From NCBI GenBank assembly GCA_016235455.1, contig JACRKZ010000070.1, forward strand, positions 1 to 54,745: 54,745 bases of DNA. The letters are read 5' to 3'. Within the stretch, counting starts at the first letter, position 1; each line of letters starts with the position of its first letter. This document shows, piece by piece, positions 23,654 to 36,100 of this stretch. The notes below the pieces were generated by a model, which saw nothing but the letters and a program-made list of their open reading frames with translations, ran no database searches and was not told the origin of the DNA. The position numbers were made by a program, and so were the translations under genes. The DNA is from Armatimonadota bacterium. Lineage in GTDB: Bacteria; Armatimonadota; UBA10988.

Positions 23654-25375
23654 ATGGCACGCACCGATGAGCTTTCAGCAGTCCTGCGCAAGGAGCTGGA
23701 AAGCTACTCCAAAGATATAAGGATGGTTGGTGTCGGCACCGTGATGGAAGTCGGTGACGGCATCTGCCGGATCTACGGGCTCGAAGAGGCAATGGCCGGA
23801 GAGCTCGTGGAGTTCCCGGACGCCCGGGACCCCCAGGGCAACGCCGTCCGCGGTATCGTGCTGAACCTCGAAGAGGACAGCGTGGGCGTAGTCCTCATGG
23901 GCTCCGACCGGCTGATCGAGGAAGGCAGCGAGTGCCGCACCACCGGGGAGATCTTCCAGGTGCCCGTGGGCCGCGCCTTGCTCGGTCGCGTGGTGTCACC
24001 GCTGGGTGACCCGCGTGATGGCAAGGGCCCGCTCGTCGAGAGCGAGCTGGCCGGCATGCGCCGGGTCGAGGTCAAGGCGCCGGGCGTCATCGAGCGTGAG
24101 CCGGTGACCGAGCCGCTGAAGACCGGCATCAAGGCCATCGACACGATGATCCCCGTGGGTCGCGGCCAGCGCGAGCTGGTCATCGGCGACCGCCAGACCG
24201 GCAAGTCCGCGCTGTGCATCGACACGATCATCAACCAGAAGTACACGCACGACACGGACACTCCGGTCTACTGCATCTACGTGGCCATCGGCCAGCGCCA
24301 GGGCACCCTGAAGAAGGTCGTGGCCGAGCTGGAGAAGCATGGCGCGATGGACTACACCATCGTCATCGACGCCTGCGCCGCCACGCCGCCGCCGTTGCAG
24401 TACATCGCGCCCTACGCCGGTTGTGCCATGGGCGAGTTCTTCCGCGACAACGGCATGCACGCGCTGATCATCTACGATGACCTGAGCAAGCACGCGGTGG
24501 CCTACCGCACCGTGTCGCTGCTGCTGCGTCGCCCGCCGGGCCGCGAAGCCTTCCCCGGTGACGTCTTCAACCTGCACTCGCGTCTGCTCGAGCGCGCCGC
24601 CAAGATGCGCTCGGACTGGATCATCGTGGCCAAGGACGCGGCCGCGGGGACGGTCACGGGCGTGGACGGTCAGGTCTACCTCGGGCCGCGCGGCAAGCAC
24701 ACCGCGACCGACAAGCTCAAGGAGCTGGGCGACGGCTATGAGCTGCGCCGCGTGTCGGGTGGTGGTTCGCTGACGGCGTTGCCCATCATCGAGACGCAGG
24801 CCAACGACATCTCGGCCTACATCCCGACCAACGTCATCTCCATCACCGACGGCCAGATCTTCCTGGAGCCGGACCTCTTCTACGCAGGCATTCGCCCGGC
24901 CATCAACGTGGGCCTGTCGGTGTCGCGCGTGGGCGGTGCCGCCCAGACCAAGGCCGTCAAGTCGGTGGCGCGCACGCTCAAGCTGGACATGGCGCGTTAC
25001 AACGAGCTCGCCGCCTTCGCCAAGTTCGCCAGCGACCTGGATGCCTCCACCCAGCGCACGCTGAACCGTGGCGAGCACCTGGTGGAACTGCTCAAGCAGC
25101 CGCAGTACCAGCCGCTGATCGAGGCCGACGAGGTCTACATCGTCTACGCCGGCACGAGTGGCCTGCTGGACGACGTGCCGCTGCTGCTGGTGGCCGAGTT
25201 CGAGAAGGAACTGCTGGCGCAGATGTCGGAGCGCTACCCTGAGCTGGGTCGAGAGATCATGGCCAAGGGCGCGCTGACCGAGGACTCCACCAAGGCCATG
25301 CAGGCGGCGGTCGCGGAGTTCAAGGCGGCCTTCGCCAAGGCGCACGGCTTCGGTGCCGAGGCCGCGGCAGAGTAA
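23654..25375 (+). CDS. atpA: ATP synthase subunit alpha
   Basis: [40 protein letters not shown]. Confidence 0.99.
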   Translation: MARTDELSAVLRKELESYSKDIRMVGVGTVMEVGDGICRIYGLEEAMAGELVEFPDARDPQGNAVRGIVLNLEEDSVGVVLMGSDRLIEEGSECRTTGEIFQVPVGRALLGRVVSPLGDPRDGKGPLVESELAGMRRVEVKAPGVIEREPVTEPLKTGIKAIDTMIPVGRGQRELVIGDRQTGKSALCIDTIINQKYTHDTDTPVYCIYVAIGQRQGTLKKVVAELEKHGAMDYTIVIDACAATPPPLQYIAPYAGCAMGEFFRDNGMHALIIYDDLSKHAVAYRTVSLLLRRPPGREAFPGDVFNLHSRLLERAAKMRSDWIIVAKDAAAGTVTGVDGQVYLGPRGKHTATDKLKELGDGYELRRVSGGGSLTALPIIETQANDISAYIPTNVISITDGQIFLEPDLFYAGIRPAINVGLSVSRVGGAAQTKAVKSVARTLKLDMARYNELAAFAKFASDLDASTQRTLNRGEHLVELLKQPQYQPLIEADEVYIVYAGTSGLLDDVPLLLVAEFEKELLAQMSERYPELGREIMAKGALTEDSTKAMQAAVAEFKAAFAKAHGFGAEAAAE

Positions 25376-25386
25376 ACGAGGCAAGC

Positions 25387-26280
25387 ATGGCCAGCCTACG
25401 CGACATTCGGCGCAAGATCGGCACCGTCAAGAACATCCGCAAGATCACCACGGCCATGAAGATGGTGGCCGCGGCGAAGTTGCGGCGTGCTCAGGACCGG
25501 GTGGCCGCGGCGCGGCCGTATGCCGACAAGATGAAGGAACTGATCACTCGGGTGGCGCCGCTGGTGCCGCCCGAGGTGGTCGTCCGCCATCGGCTGCTGC
25601 AGTCGCGCGAAGCGGCGACCATCGGCGTGGTGGTCATCACGTCCGACCGCGGCATGTGCGGCAGCTACAACAACAACATCATCCGCAAGGCGCTCGAGTT
25701 CCTCAACGCCAAGCGCGCCGAGGGTGTGCAGGTCGAACTGATCACCATCGGCCGGCGGGCGACCAACTCATTGCGCTCGCGCGGCTGGCCGGCCGACCAG
25801 AGCTTCGGCATGCTGGATGTCAATCCGCCGCCGGCGGACGTGCAGGCCGTGCTGCGGGCCATCGTCGGGCTCTACACCCGTGACATAGAGCCGGTGTCCG
25901 AGGTCTACGTGGCCTACGCCGAGTTCATCAACGCCGTCACCCAGGTGCCCCGCGTGGACCGCTTCCTGCCCATCGAGGCGGGCGCCATGCCCGGCGAGGC
26001 GGCCGGCGGCACGCAGCTCGACTTTGAGTTCGAGCCGGACCCGGAGCGGCTGCTGGACGTGCTGCTGCCGCGCTTTGTGGACAACCGGGTCTACCAGTAC
26101 CTGCTGGAGGCGACCGCCAGCGAGTATGGCGCGCGGATGACCGCCATGAGCACGGCGAGCGACAACGCGGGTGAGATGATCGACACGCTGACGCTGCACT
26201 ACAACCGCGCGCGGCAGGATGCGATTACCAAGGAATTGATGGATATCGTCGGCGGCGCAACCGCGCTGGCGTCCGACTAG
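25387..26280 (+). CDS. atpG: ATP synthase subunit gamma
   Basis: [35 protein letters not shown]. Confidence 0.99.
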   Translation: MASLRDIRRKIGTVKNIRKITTAMKMVAAAKLRRAQDRVAAARPYADKMKELITRVAPLVPPEVVVRHRLLQSREAATIGVVVITSDRGMCGSYNNNIIRKALEFLNAKRAEGVQVELITIGRRATNSLRSRGWPADQSFGMLDVNPPPADVQAVLRAIVGLYTRDIEPVSEVYVAYAEFINAVTQVPRVDRFLPIEAGAMPGEAAGGTQLDFEFEPDPERLLDVLLPRFVDNRVYQYLLEATASEYGARMTAMSTASDNAGEMIDTLTLHYNRARQDAITKELMDIVGGATALASD

Positions 26281-27704
<1,424 letters not shown>

Positions 27705-27705
<1 letters not shown>

Positions 27706-28127
27706 TGCTCATGCCCGGCACATTCACTCTCGAGATTGTCACGCCCGAGCGCCTGGTCTTCCAAGGCGAGGTGACGACGTTGCAGGCGCCTGGCCTTGAC
27801 GGCCTGTTCGGCGTGCTGCACAATCGCGCCCCGCTGTTGGCGGGCCTCGGGCCGGGCGCGGTGACCTACACCACCGAAGAGGGCGAAACCAAGTACCTGG
27901 CCATCTCGGGCGGGTTCTTTGAGGTGGCTCAGAACAAGGCCGTGCTGCTGGCCGATACGGCGCAGTTCGGCGAGGAGATCAGCCCCGAGCAGGCCGCTGC
28001 CGAGCTGACCGCCGCAAAGGCGCTGATGCTCACCGCGTCCGCCGGACCCACCGAGCAGGCCGAGCGCCAAGCCGCCGCGCAGACCGCACAGGCCCGCGTC
28101 GCCGTGGCCACCAAGGTACGCCGCTAA
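27705..28127 (+). CDS. atpC: ATP synthase subunit epsilon
   Basis: LEIVTPER, G.FGVL..., ISGGFFEV. Confidence 0.96.
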
Positions 28128-28139
28128 CCAACGTTCCAC

Positions 28140-28175
28140 GCCGGCCAGCGCAGCCCAGTCGCTCCGCTGGCCGGC
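28140..28175 (+). terminator. Hairpin after atpC
   Basis: 11-bp stem GCCGGCCAGCG / CGCTGGCCGGC; no U tract. Confidence 0.5.
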
Positions 28176-28237
28176 CAGACGAAACCCCGGACCCGATTCG
28201 GTCGTCAGTTCTCCTGTGTCAGCGCGGAGGCTGCTGT

Positions 28238-30727
28238 ATGGGTTGGCGTCGTGTCTTGCTTAGTGCCGTCGTCACCTTAGTGGCATGGCCATCGCTGGCA
28301 GTCGACCTGCCTGCCGGTCCCTTCTGTCTCGACTTCGAGCTCAGCCGCACCCAGGACGATGCCTGGTGCGAACTGACGCTCGGCGCCGGCCCCAGTGCCG
28401 GCCGTGTCGGTCTCTCCGCCCGGCGCGCGAGCATAGCCTCGTCCGCCGCCGGCTACCCCACCTCATCGGCCGATGGCAACGCGTTGCCGCCCAAGGGCAC
28501 CAAGGCGACCTACCGGCTGGTTCGCTCCGACGACTTCCTCTCGGTGGAGCGCGATGGCGCCGTCCTGGTCCAGGGCTATGTCGGCTGCCGCTCGGCAGCA
28601 TCCCTCGATGCCAGGGTCAAGGGCTGTACCGTGCGCCTGGCTGACCCGCAGCCCACGGAGGCGGTCTACTTCGAGGACGACTTCCTGCGCACCGACCAGG
28701 ACGATGGCGGCTGGCAACCGCTGCGCGGCAAATGGCGCGTGGGCGAGTATCGCGACAAGCTGGTCGCCGCCCTGAACCTGGCGCCGCAAGCCACGTGGTA
28801 CGAGTGCGCGGACAGCGGGCTGGCCGTCACGGGCAGCTCATGGTGGCACGATCTGAAGCTTTCGGCCGACCTTCGCAGCGATGCGCCCGCTGGTCTGGCC
28901 TTCGCCGTCCAGGGCACGCGCTACGGCCTGTTGCGGCTGCGCGGCGGCCAGGTGGAACTGCTGCTGGTCAGCGGCGACCGCGAGACGCCGCTCGCCAGCG
29001 CCGCCTTCAAGCCCGAGCCAGGCCGATGGGTGCGGCTGGCCGTGGTCAGCAGCCGAGGCCGAGCGTTGGCCACCATCAACGGCCGTACCGTGCTCAATGC
29101 CGCTGCGCCCACGCTGGGCACCGGGCAGGTAGGCGCATGGTGCGCCGGGCCCGCGCAGTTCGACAACTTCCGCGCCGAAGAGCAGCAACTGGCCTGGGAT
29201 CCGCTGGCCAAGGGTTTGCCCGATGTCGGCCTGTGGCGCACCAATTCCCCCACCCGCTCGCGCCTGGCGCCGTTTGACTCCGGGCTGGCCTCGGCGACGG
29301 CCGTGCTGGCGCGTGACGGCCGCGGCGCGCTGACCATGACGGCCACGCAGCCGCTCGCGCTCGAGGTGTCGCGACAAGGCGCGCAACGGCGCTACGCCTT
29401 CCGCTCCGGCGTCACGGTCGTGGCTGAGGGCGACCTGGTCGCCAAGCCCGACGCGCGCTATGCCTTGAGCCTGCGCCGGCGCGGTCCGCAGTTCGAGGCG
29501 CTGATCGACGGGGCTCGGGTCGGCCTTACGGCGCAGGCCGGTGCACCGCCGTCCGAGGCCGGGGTCACACCCGGCGGCGTGCTGAGCGATGTGCTCGTGC
29601 GCGTGGTGCCCGATGAGCCCGACGCCCTGGTCAGCCGCGCGGACCTGGATCCGCTGCGCGAGGACTGGGTCGGTCGGGACGAGAGTCTGCGCACCGTGCC
29701 CGATGTCTGGCGGCCGGAGAGCGGCAACTGGCGAACGCACGACAGCCGTCTGGTGGGCCGGGCCGACGCGCAACCGGCGCGCATCTGGTATCGCGACGCG
29801 CTGCCCGCGGACACGGGTCTATCGGTCACCATCGAGGAGCTCTCGCCCGGCGCCAGCCTGATGCTCATTGTCGGCGGCGGGCCCGGCCTGCGGCTGGTGG
29901 TCAGCGCCGGCGAGGCGGTGCTGACACGCGACGGTGTCGACGTGGCCAAGACCGGCCTCGCCCAGCCGCCTGGCAACGCACGGCTGTGGCGCGACGAGGC
30001 CTGGGTGCTGGCCGATGTGGATGGCCAACGGCTGGCCTGGCGTGATCCCAAGCCCACGGGTGGGGGCCAGCTCATGCTCCGCTTGTCGGCCGGTGGCAGC
30101 GTTGTGCTGTCCGATGTGCGCGTGACGGCCCAGAACGGCTTTGCCTCATCCTTTGGCGCGGTGGATACGCTGTGGCGCGAGACGGGCGACTGGCAGTGGA
30201 CCAGCGGCATGGCCTGCATTGCCTGGAGCTACTGGTTGACCGGTGACGGGCGTCAGGCCCCGGCTTGGCTGTGGCGTCGCGAGGCGCTGGGTCACGATGT
30301 GACTGTGGCCTTTGAGGTCAGCGAACACACCGACGGCTACGACCAGGGCGATACCGACCATCGGCATTTCCCGTACAACGACGTCAGCCTGATGCTCGAC
30401 GGCGACGGCCAGAACGCCGACAGTGGCTACCGGTTTGTGATCGGCGAGAACCACGGTCATGGCGTGAGGCTGCTGCGCCGAGGGCAGTCGGTCGCGTTCG
30501 ACGACGGGCTGCGCATCGTCATGGGCGGACACTGCAACAGCCCACGGGCCATCCGCACGCTGGCCACCCGCAACGGCGCGCGCATCACGTTGACCTGCAA
30601 CGGTCGTCAGGTTATCAGCTGGGACGATCCGCAGCCGCTGGCCGGCGGCGGCGTAGTGGGCCTTGGCGTGAAAGACTGCCGAGCGAACTTCCATGACCTG
30701 GTGGCGCTGCGCTATCGTCAGCCGTAG
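28238..30727 (+). CDS. Large secreted hypothetical protein with repeated LamG/DUF1080-like beta-sandwich domains
   Basis: GGAGG RBS; signal peptide; repeated W.P..G.W starts, G.VG...FDNF and F.DL ends; coding-like GC3 bias. Confidence 0.7.
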   Translation: MGWRRVLLSAVVTLVAWPSLAVDLPAGPFCLDFELSRTQDDAWCELTLGAGPSAGRVGLSARRASIASSAAGYPTSSADGNALPPKGTKATYRLVRSDDFLSVERDGAVLVQGYVGCRSAASLDARVKGCTVRLADPQPTEAVYFEDDFLRTDQDDGGWQPLRGKWRVGEYRDKLVAALNLAPQATWYECADSGLAVTGSSWWHDLKLSADLRSDAPAGLAFAVQGTRYGLLRLRGGQVELLLVSGDRETPLASAAFKPEPGRWVRLAVVSSRGRALATINGRTVLNAAAPTLGTGQVGAWCAGPAQFDNFRAEEQQLAWDPLAKGLPDVGLWRTNSPTRSRLAPFDSGLASATAVLARDGRGALTMTATQPLALEVSRQGAQRRYAFRSGVTVVAEGDLVAKPDARYALSLRRRGPQFEALIDGARVGLTAQAGAPPSEAGVTPGGVLSDVLVRVVPDEPDALVSRADLDPLREDWVGRDESLRTVPDVWRPESGNWRTHDSRLVGRADAQPARIWYRDALPADTGLSVTIEELSPGASLMLIVGGGPGLRLVVSAGEAVLTRDGVDVAKTGLAQPPGNARLWRDEAWVLADVDGQRLAWRDPKPTGGGQLMLRLSAGGSVVLSDVRVTAQNGFASSFGAVDTLWRETGDWQWTSGMACIAWSYWLTGDGRQAPAWLWRREALGHDVTVAFEVSEHTDGYDQGDTDHRHFPYNDVSLMLDGDGQNADSGYRFVIGENHGHGVRLLRRGQSVAFDDGLRIVMGGHCNSPRAIRTLATRNGARITLTCNGRQVISWDDPQPLAGGGVVGLGVKDCRANFHDLVALRYRQP

Positions 30728-31295
30728 GCTCTGGCGGCTTGCCGCGCTCGCGCTGTTGCTGGCGGGCTGCGGCGAGTACCGCCATGAGCGGCTGTCGCTG
30801 GTACCCGTGGGCCAGGTGAGCGCGACCGAGTTGCGCTTCTTGCGTCGCGATCTGGCGGCGTTCTACGGCGTGCGCTGCGCGATCCGCACCGAGCGCCTGG
30901 CCGTGCCGACCGGCGCGGCCCAGGTGGACGCGGACGCGCTCCTCAACGCGCTGGAAGCCCTGCCCACGGAGCGGGGCGAACGGCTGCTGGCCGTGTGTTC
31001 GGGCGACGGCGGGCAGCCAGGCACAAGCTTCGTGTTCGGCCTGGCGCGCAGGCGGGGTCGCTGCGGCGTGATCTTCACCGGTCGCCTGCGCACCGACGTG
31101 GACCAGCGCGGCTACGAGCGGCGGCTGGCCATCGAGGCGCACCACGAGTTGGGGCACGTCTATGGCCTGGGCCATTGCCCCAACGACGGTTGCGCGATGT
31201 GCTTTTCACCTGGCCTGATCGACGTCGACGCCAAACGCCCCAGCTACTGCGAGCACTGCCGCGAGTTGCTGGAGCGCTGGCGTCGAGAACGCTAG
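30693..31295 (+). CDS. Archaemetzincin-like zinc metalloprotease, predicted lipoprotein
   Basis: FVFGLA, HELGHVYGLGHC, CAM, D.K..YC..C; lipobox LLAGC. The start codon is uncertain. Confidence 0.8.
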   Translation: MTWWRCAIVSRRLWRLAALALLLAGCGEYRHERLSLVPVGQVSATELRFLRRDLAAFYGVRCAIRTERLAVPTGAAQVDADALLNALEALPTERGERLLAVCSGDGGQPGTSFVFGLARRRGRCGVIFTGRLRTDVDQRGYERRLAIEAHHELGHVYGLGHCPNDGCAMCFSPGLIDVDAKRPSYCEHCRELLERWRRER

Positions 31296-32572
31296 ATGGT
31301 CGGCATCGTGTAGGGATCGCGGTAGGCGTAGGTCAGGCGCTTGGCGGCGTCGTCATCACCCACGATGGTCTCCTTGGCGGGATCCCAGGTGAGGGGCCGG
31401 CCCACGCGCATGGCGATGTTGCCCAGGTGGCAGACCGTGGCCGAGCGGTGGCCGATGGCCACGTCGCAGATGGGGTTCTTCCGCGACTTGATGCAGTTGA
31501 GCCAGTCGCCGTGGTGACTGGTGCTGGCGTAGAGCTTGACGTCGGCATCGGTCCAGGTGGTGGTGGCCAGTTCGGCCGGCGTCGTCTCGAGCTTGCCGCG
31601 GTTCACGAAGATCGTACCGTTCTCGCCGACGAAGGTGATGCCACCGCGGTTCTTGTTCCCGCAGCGCACGACCGTGCCGTCGGCATAGGTGTAGGTGACG
31701 TTCGATTCCTGGGGCACTTCCCAGGCCTGCCCGTCCTTGTAGGTGGGCGTGCCCTCGATCTTGACCGGGCCGCTGTCGTCCATGCCCAGCGCCCACTGCA
31801 CGATGTCGAGGTGGTGGGCGCCCCAATTGGTCATCTGACCGCCCGAGAAGGCCCAGAAGAAGCGGAAGTTGTAGTGCACGTGGCGCGGGTTGTAGGGCCT
31901 GAACGGCGCCGGGCCGACCCACATGTCGTAGTTGAGCTCGGCCGGCACCGGCGCGGCAGGCTCGTCCTTGCCGCCGTAGTTCACGCCCGGAATGCCGACC
32001 AGGATCTCTTTGATCTTGCCGATCTTCTTGTTGCGGATAAGCTCACAGGCCAGCCGGAACTTGGCATCCGAGCGCTGCTGACTGCCGGTCTGAACCACGC
32101 GGCCGTACTTGCGCGCGGCGTTGACCATGGCGCGACCTTCGGCCACCGTAAGCGTCAGCGGCTTCTCGCAGTAGACGTCCTTGCCGGCCATGCAGGCGTG
32201 GATGGTGGCCAGCGCGTGCCAGTGGTCGGGCGTGCTGATCAGCACGGCGTCCACGTCCTTGCGGTCGAGCAGCCGGCGGTAGTCCTGGTAGACTTCGGCC
32301 TTGCCCCCAGCCTTCTCCACCGCTGCCGCCCCGTCGCCCGCGCGCTTCAGGTCGACATCCGCCACGGCCACGATGTCCTTGAGGTGCGGACCCATGTTGC
32401 CGCGGCCCTGGCCGCCACAGCCGATGACCCCGAAGCGCAGCCGCTCCGAAGCCGGCGCGGTACCTGCCTGGCCAAAGGCAGCGCGAGTGCCCAAGGCACC
32501 GCTGGTGATGAGAGTCGGCCACGCGCTCAGGGCGGCGGCACGCTTGAGGAAGTCGCGACGTGTGGTCTCCAT
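31292..32572 (-). CDS. Tat-exported Gfo/Idh/MocA oxidoreductase
   Basis: Tat motif TRRDFLK; IGCGGQG; TPDHWH; CEKP; GSQQRS; NWGAHHLD. Confidence 0.93.
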   Translation of the reverse strand: METTRRDFLKRAAALSAWPTLITSGALGTRAAFGQAGTAPASERLRFGVIGCGGQGRGNMGPHLKDIVAVADVDLKRAGDGAAAVEKAGGKAEVYQDYRRLLDRKDVDAVLISTPDHWHALATIHACMAGKDVYCEKPLTLTVAEGRAMVNAARKYGRVVQTGSQQRSDAKFRLACELIRNKKIGKIKEILVGIPGVNYGGKDEPAAPVPAELNYDMWVGPAPFRPYNPRHVHYNFRFFWAFSGGQMTNWGAHHLDIVQWALGMDDSGPVKIEGTPTYKDGQAWEVPQESNVTYTYADGTVVRCGNKNRGGITFVGENGTIFVNRGKLETTPAELATTTWTDADVKLYASTSHHGDWLNCIKSRKNPICDVAIGHRSATVCHLGNIAMRVGRPLTWDPAKETIVGDDDAAKRLTYAYRDPYTMPTI

Positions 32573-32639
32573 CCGAACCTGCTCCCGTCGCTCAGGGTAC
32601 CCGATGCGACGTTACATAGACAACACCTGGACCGTTCAG

Positions 32640-32667
32640 ATAGCCAAGAAAGGCTATGGCCGAACCA
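32640..32667 (+). promoter_or_regulatory. Candidate sigma28-like promoter and inverted repeat upstream of fliJ
   Basis: Inverted repeat ATAGCC-N6-GGCTAT followed by TGGCCGAACCA. The same 11-mer lies upstream of cheA. Confidence 0.45.
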
Positions 32668-32713
32668 ACCGCCGGCCCGGCATACTCATAATCTGAGAGG
32701 GACGACCAGATCC

Positions 32714-33163
32714 ATGAAGCGGTTCGAGTTCCCACTGGAGAGCGTGCTGCGGTTGCGCCGGTTCGCCGAGGCCGAAGCCCGGCAGGCGCTGACCGAGGCG
32801 CTGACGGCCCGCAACCAGGCCGAGGCCGAGCTGCTCCGCACGCGCGAGCAGTCGGCGCGCCAGATGCGGCAGCTCACCGACGAACTCCCGACTCTCGCCG
32901 CGACCGAAGTGGTGGCTATCTGGCAGGAACTCGACCACCTGGAAGAACTGGCCCTAAAGCAAGCGGCGCACCTGGCCGATTGTGAAGCTGAAGTGCAGCG
33001 GCGGACCGAAGCCTACATCGAAGCGCAGCAGGAGCGCAAACCCCTGGAGCGCCTCAAGGAAGAGATGCACCGCGAGTATCTTCACGAGCAGGATTTGGCC
33101 GAGCAGGCGTTCAACGACGAACTGGCTGTCATCGGTCACTCCCGGAAGGGAGGAGAGGCATGA
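32714..33163 (+). CDS. fliJ: Flagellar export chaperone FliJ
   Basis: MKRFEFPLESVLRLR, coiled coil, ERK.LERLKE...EQ...DE. Confidence 0.9.
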   Translation: MKRFEFPLESVLRLRRFAEAEARQALTEALTARNQAEAELLRTREQSARQMRQLTDELPTLAATEVVAIWQELDHLEELALKQAAHLADCEAEVQRRTEAYIEAQQERKPLERLKEEMHREYLHEQDLAEQAFNDELAVIGHSRKGGEA

Positions 33164-36100
33164 TACCGCCGAGTCTGGGCCAGGCCATGGCCCGGATTGA
33201 GACCATCGAAGGGTTGCTGGACCGCTTGTCGGAAGCTACCCCCTCTAACCAGAGCGCGAACGGCACCTCGTTTGAGGCCATGCTGTCGGCGCAGCTCAAC
33301 GGCAGCACTGGCGCCACCGGCTCGGCCGCGGCCGCCGCGATGCAGTCGGCTGCGGCGCAAGGCACGGCTCTGGGACTGGGCGGCCAGAATGGCATGGCCC
33401 AGTCGGCTCTCTCCAAGGCACTCAGCGGTCTGGCCACGACCAGCGCGTCTGCCACCGGTGGCGATCTGGACCTGACTCCCGTGCCCGCCAACATCAAGCA
33501 GTTGGCCCTGGCCGCGGCGCAGCGCTACGGCGTCGACCCCGCCCTCGTGCTCTCGGTCATCAACACCGAATCCGACTTCAACCCCAACTGCACCTCGAGC
33601 GCGGGGGCCATGGGCCTCATGCAGCTCATGCCCGAGAACTGCACCGAGTATGCGGTCAGCAACCCGTACGACGCCGCCGAGAACATCGACGGCGGCGTGC
33701 GCCAGTTGCGCGACATGCTGACCAAGTACAACGGCGACGCGCGGCTGGCCTTGGCCGCCTACAACGCCGGGCCGACCGCGGTCAAGCGCTACGACGGCAT
33801 CCCGCCGTACAAAGAGACGCAGAACTACGTGCGGAAGGTGCTCGGCAGCCTGGCCTACTACCACGGCCAGGTGACTGGTCAGACCGTCGCACCGATGGCC
33901 GACGCCACGCTCGGCTCGAGCGCCACGCTGGCCGGCCTGGTGGGCACCGGCCTCAACGCCACGGGCGCCACGCCTGGCGTGTCGCCCCAACGCCGCATCG
34001 CCGCCGCCAGGCCTGAAGGCCAACCCGCCGCCGGCTCACCGGTCCCCGCCACCCCCATGGTGCCGCTCACGCCCATGGTGCAGACAACCCCCTTGCCGAC
34101 CACCGTTGCGCCGGTCACGACGCAGACTCCGGCGGGCAGCGCCACGGCGCCGCTCGGCCTCGGCGGCCTGACCACGCGCGCCGCCACGGCACCGCAGCCG
34201 CTGGCCACTGAGTCCGTCTCACTGCCGCCGTCGGCCAGTCAGGTGCAGCGAGCCGCTACGCCGGCCCCGGTCCAGCCCGAGTTGACGCCGCTGGCCGAAC
34301 CGACGCCCGGCAGCGCCGCGGCCCCCATGGCGCAGATGACGCCGATGGCGCCCGCGATGGCGATGCCCGCGCCGCCCCTGGCCTCGGAAACGAACGGATC
34401 GAACCTGCCTGCGCCAAGCGCGGCGGCCGCGTCGGTCATCACGCCGACGGCTTCCGCGGGCGGCGGCCAGACAGCCAGCACCAGTGACGCCTTCGCCACG
34501 GCCGTGACGGCCCCGGCCATGGTCCCGCTCGCCAGCGACGCGGCGCAGTCGCCGGCATGGTCCTCAGGCAGCGGGCAGCCCGCCGTGCGGTTCGTGGCCG
34601 ACGCGGGCTCGGCCACCGCGACGGCCGCCACCACGGCCGGAGCCACAGCCGACGCGGCCGCCACGGCGACGGCGAACGTCCCGGCGCCAACGCGGCTCCT
34701 CGATACAGCCGCCGACCAGCCGATTATGACCATGGATCTGGAGGTGGTCGGTGCGGCTCAGCCGCAGGCCCTGGGCCAGCCGCAGGCTCAGCCCGCCACC
34801 GTGGCCGACGACATGGCCCGCTGGCTGGCTGGCGGCGCGCAGCCAACGGCCACACCCGCGCCGACGGTGGCTCCTGCCGAGCCGTCGCCGAGCCAGGCCC
34901 AACCCATTCCCGTATCGCAGCCGCAGCCGCAGCCGCAGCCGGTGAGCATGGCGTCCGTTACGGTCGACACGGCGGTGCCCGGCGTACCGACCGCGCCGCC
35001 AGCGAGCGAGCTGTCGCCGTCCGCCGATCGGCCGGTGGAGGAAGCCCTCGACGCGAGCCAGCCGGCACGCCAGGCGGCCCCTCCGCGCCACGTCGAAGTC
35101 GGCCAGGCCGCGTCGTCGACGGCCGGCACGAGTGCGACGACCGTCCAGCCCACCCCATCTCGCACGAGCACGGCCACCGCAACGGCCGTGCCGTCGGACC
35201 CGGCGCCGGCGCCGGAGAGCATGACGGCGCACGTGGCGGAGACCTTTGGCGCTCGGGCCAGCGCCTCCGGGGCCATGCCGACCGGCGAGTTGGTGGGGCG
35301 CGTCGCGCGTCACCTGGCGCCCACGGCGACGACGCCCGCCGGACAGAGCGCCGAGGCCACGCTGGCCCAGATCGCCCAGACCGTCAGCGGCGTGGTGCGC
35401 GAGGTGCAGACCTTGCCGACCGACGAGCAGCCGGCTGAGGCCGAAGACGCCCAAGCGTCGGCGCGCACCGAGCAGGCCAGCCGGCCGCGGGCGCTTGCGC
35501 CCGACGTGCTGGCCGAGCGGCAGCGGCCCAGTGCCGCCGCCGAGCAGGCGTTGGCCACCAACGCGCCGGTGACCGCGGCGGTTGCCGCGGCGCAGCCGGG
35601 CAGCACCGGCGGCCAGTCGAGCCACAGCGGTCAGCGTCAGGTGAGCGCCGAGCCCACTCGCGCCGTGAGCGCGACGGATGGCACCAACGTGCCCACCTTC
35701 TCGCTGGCCGAGGCCTCGCGCACGGCGGCTCCGGCACAGGTCACGCAGGGCGGGACGGAAGTCGCCGCGCGCGACCTGAGCGACATGACCGCGCAGTTGG
35801 CCGGTCGCGCCAAGCTGGTCCGCACGCCGGGCCATGACGAGTTCACCGTCCGGCTCGAACTGCCCGAAGTGGGCCAGGTGGCCGTGCGCATCGTCCGCGA
35901 TGGCGGCGGCGTGTCGGTCAACCTGCAGACCGGCAGCGACAGCCTGCGCCGGGCCCTCCAGGACCAGATGCCGCACCTGGAGTCGGCGCTGCGCGAGCAG
36001 GGCGTGCAGATGAGCAGTTTCTCCGCGGGCGACCGCGGTGACCAGCGCCAGGACGCCTACCAGGCGTGGTTCGGCCAGCAGGCCGGCCAGGGCCAGCAGC

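Noticed and set aside
30995-32713. Apparent 722-aa protein ending in FliJ
   Set aside because: The upstream part is antisense to the Tat oxidoreductase; the true FliJ starts at ATG 32714.
34915-34941. CAGCCG tandem repeat as a possible contingency locus
   Set aside because: Only about four in-frame hexamer units encoding QP in the FliK linker; cannot cause phase variation.
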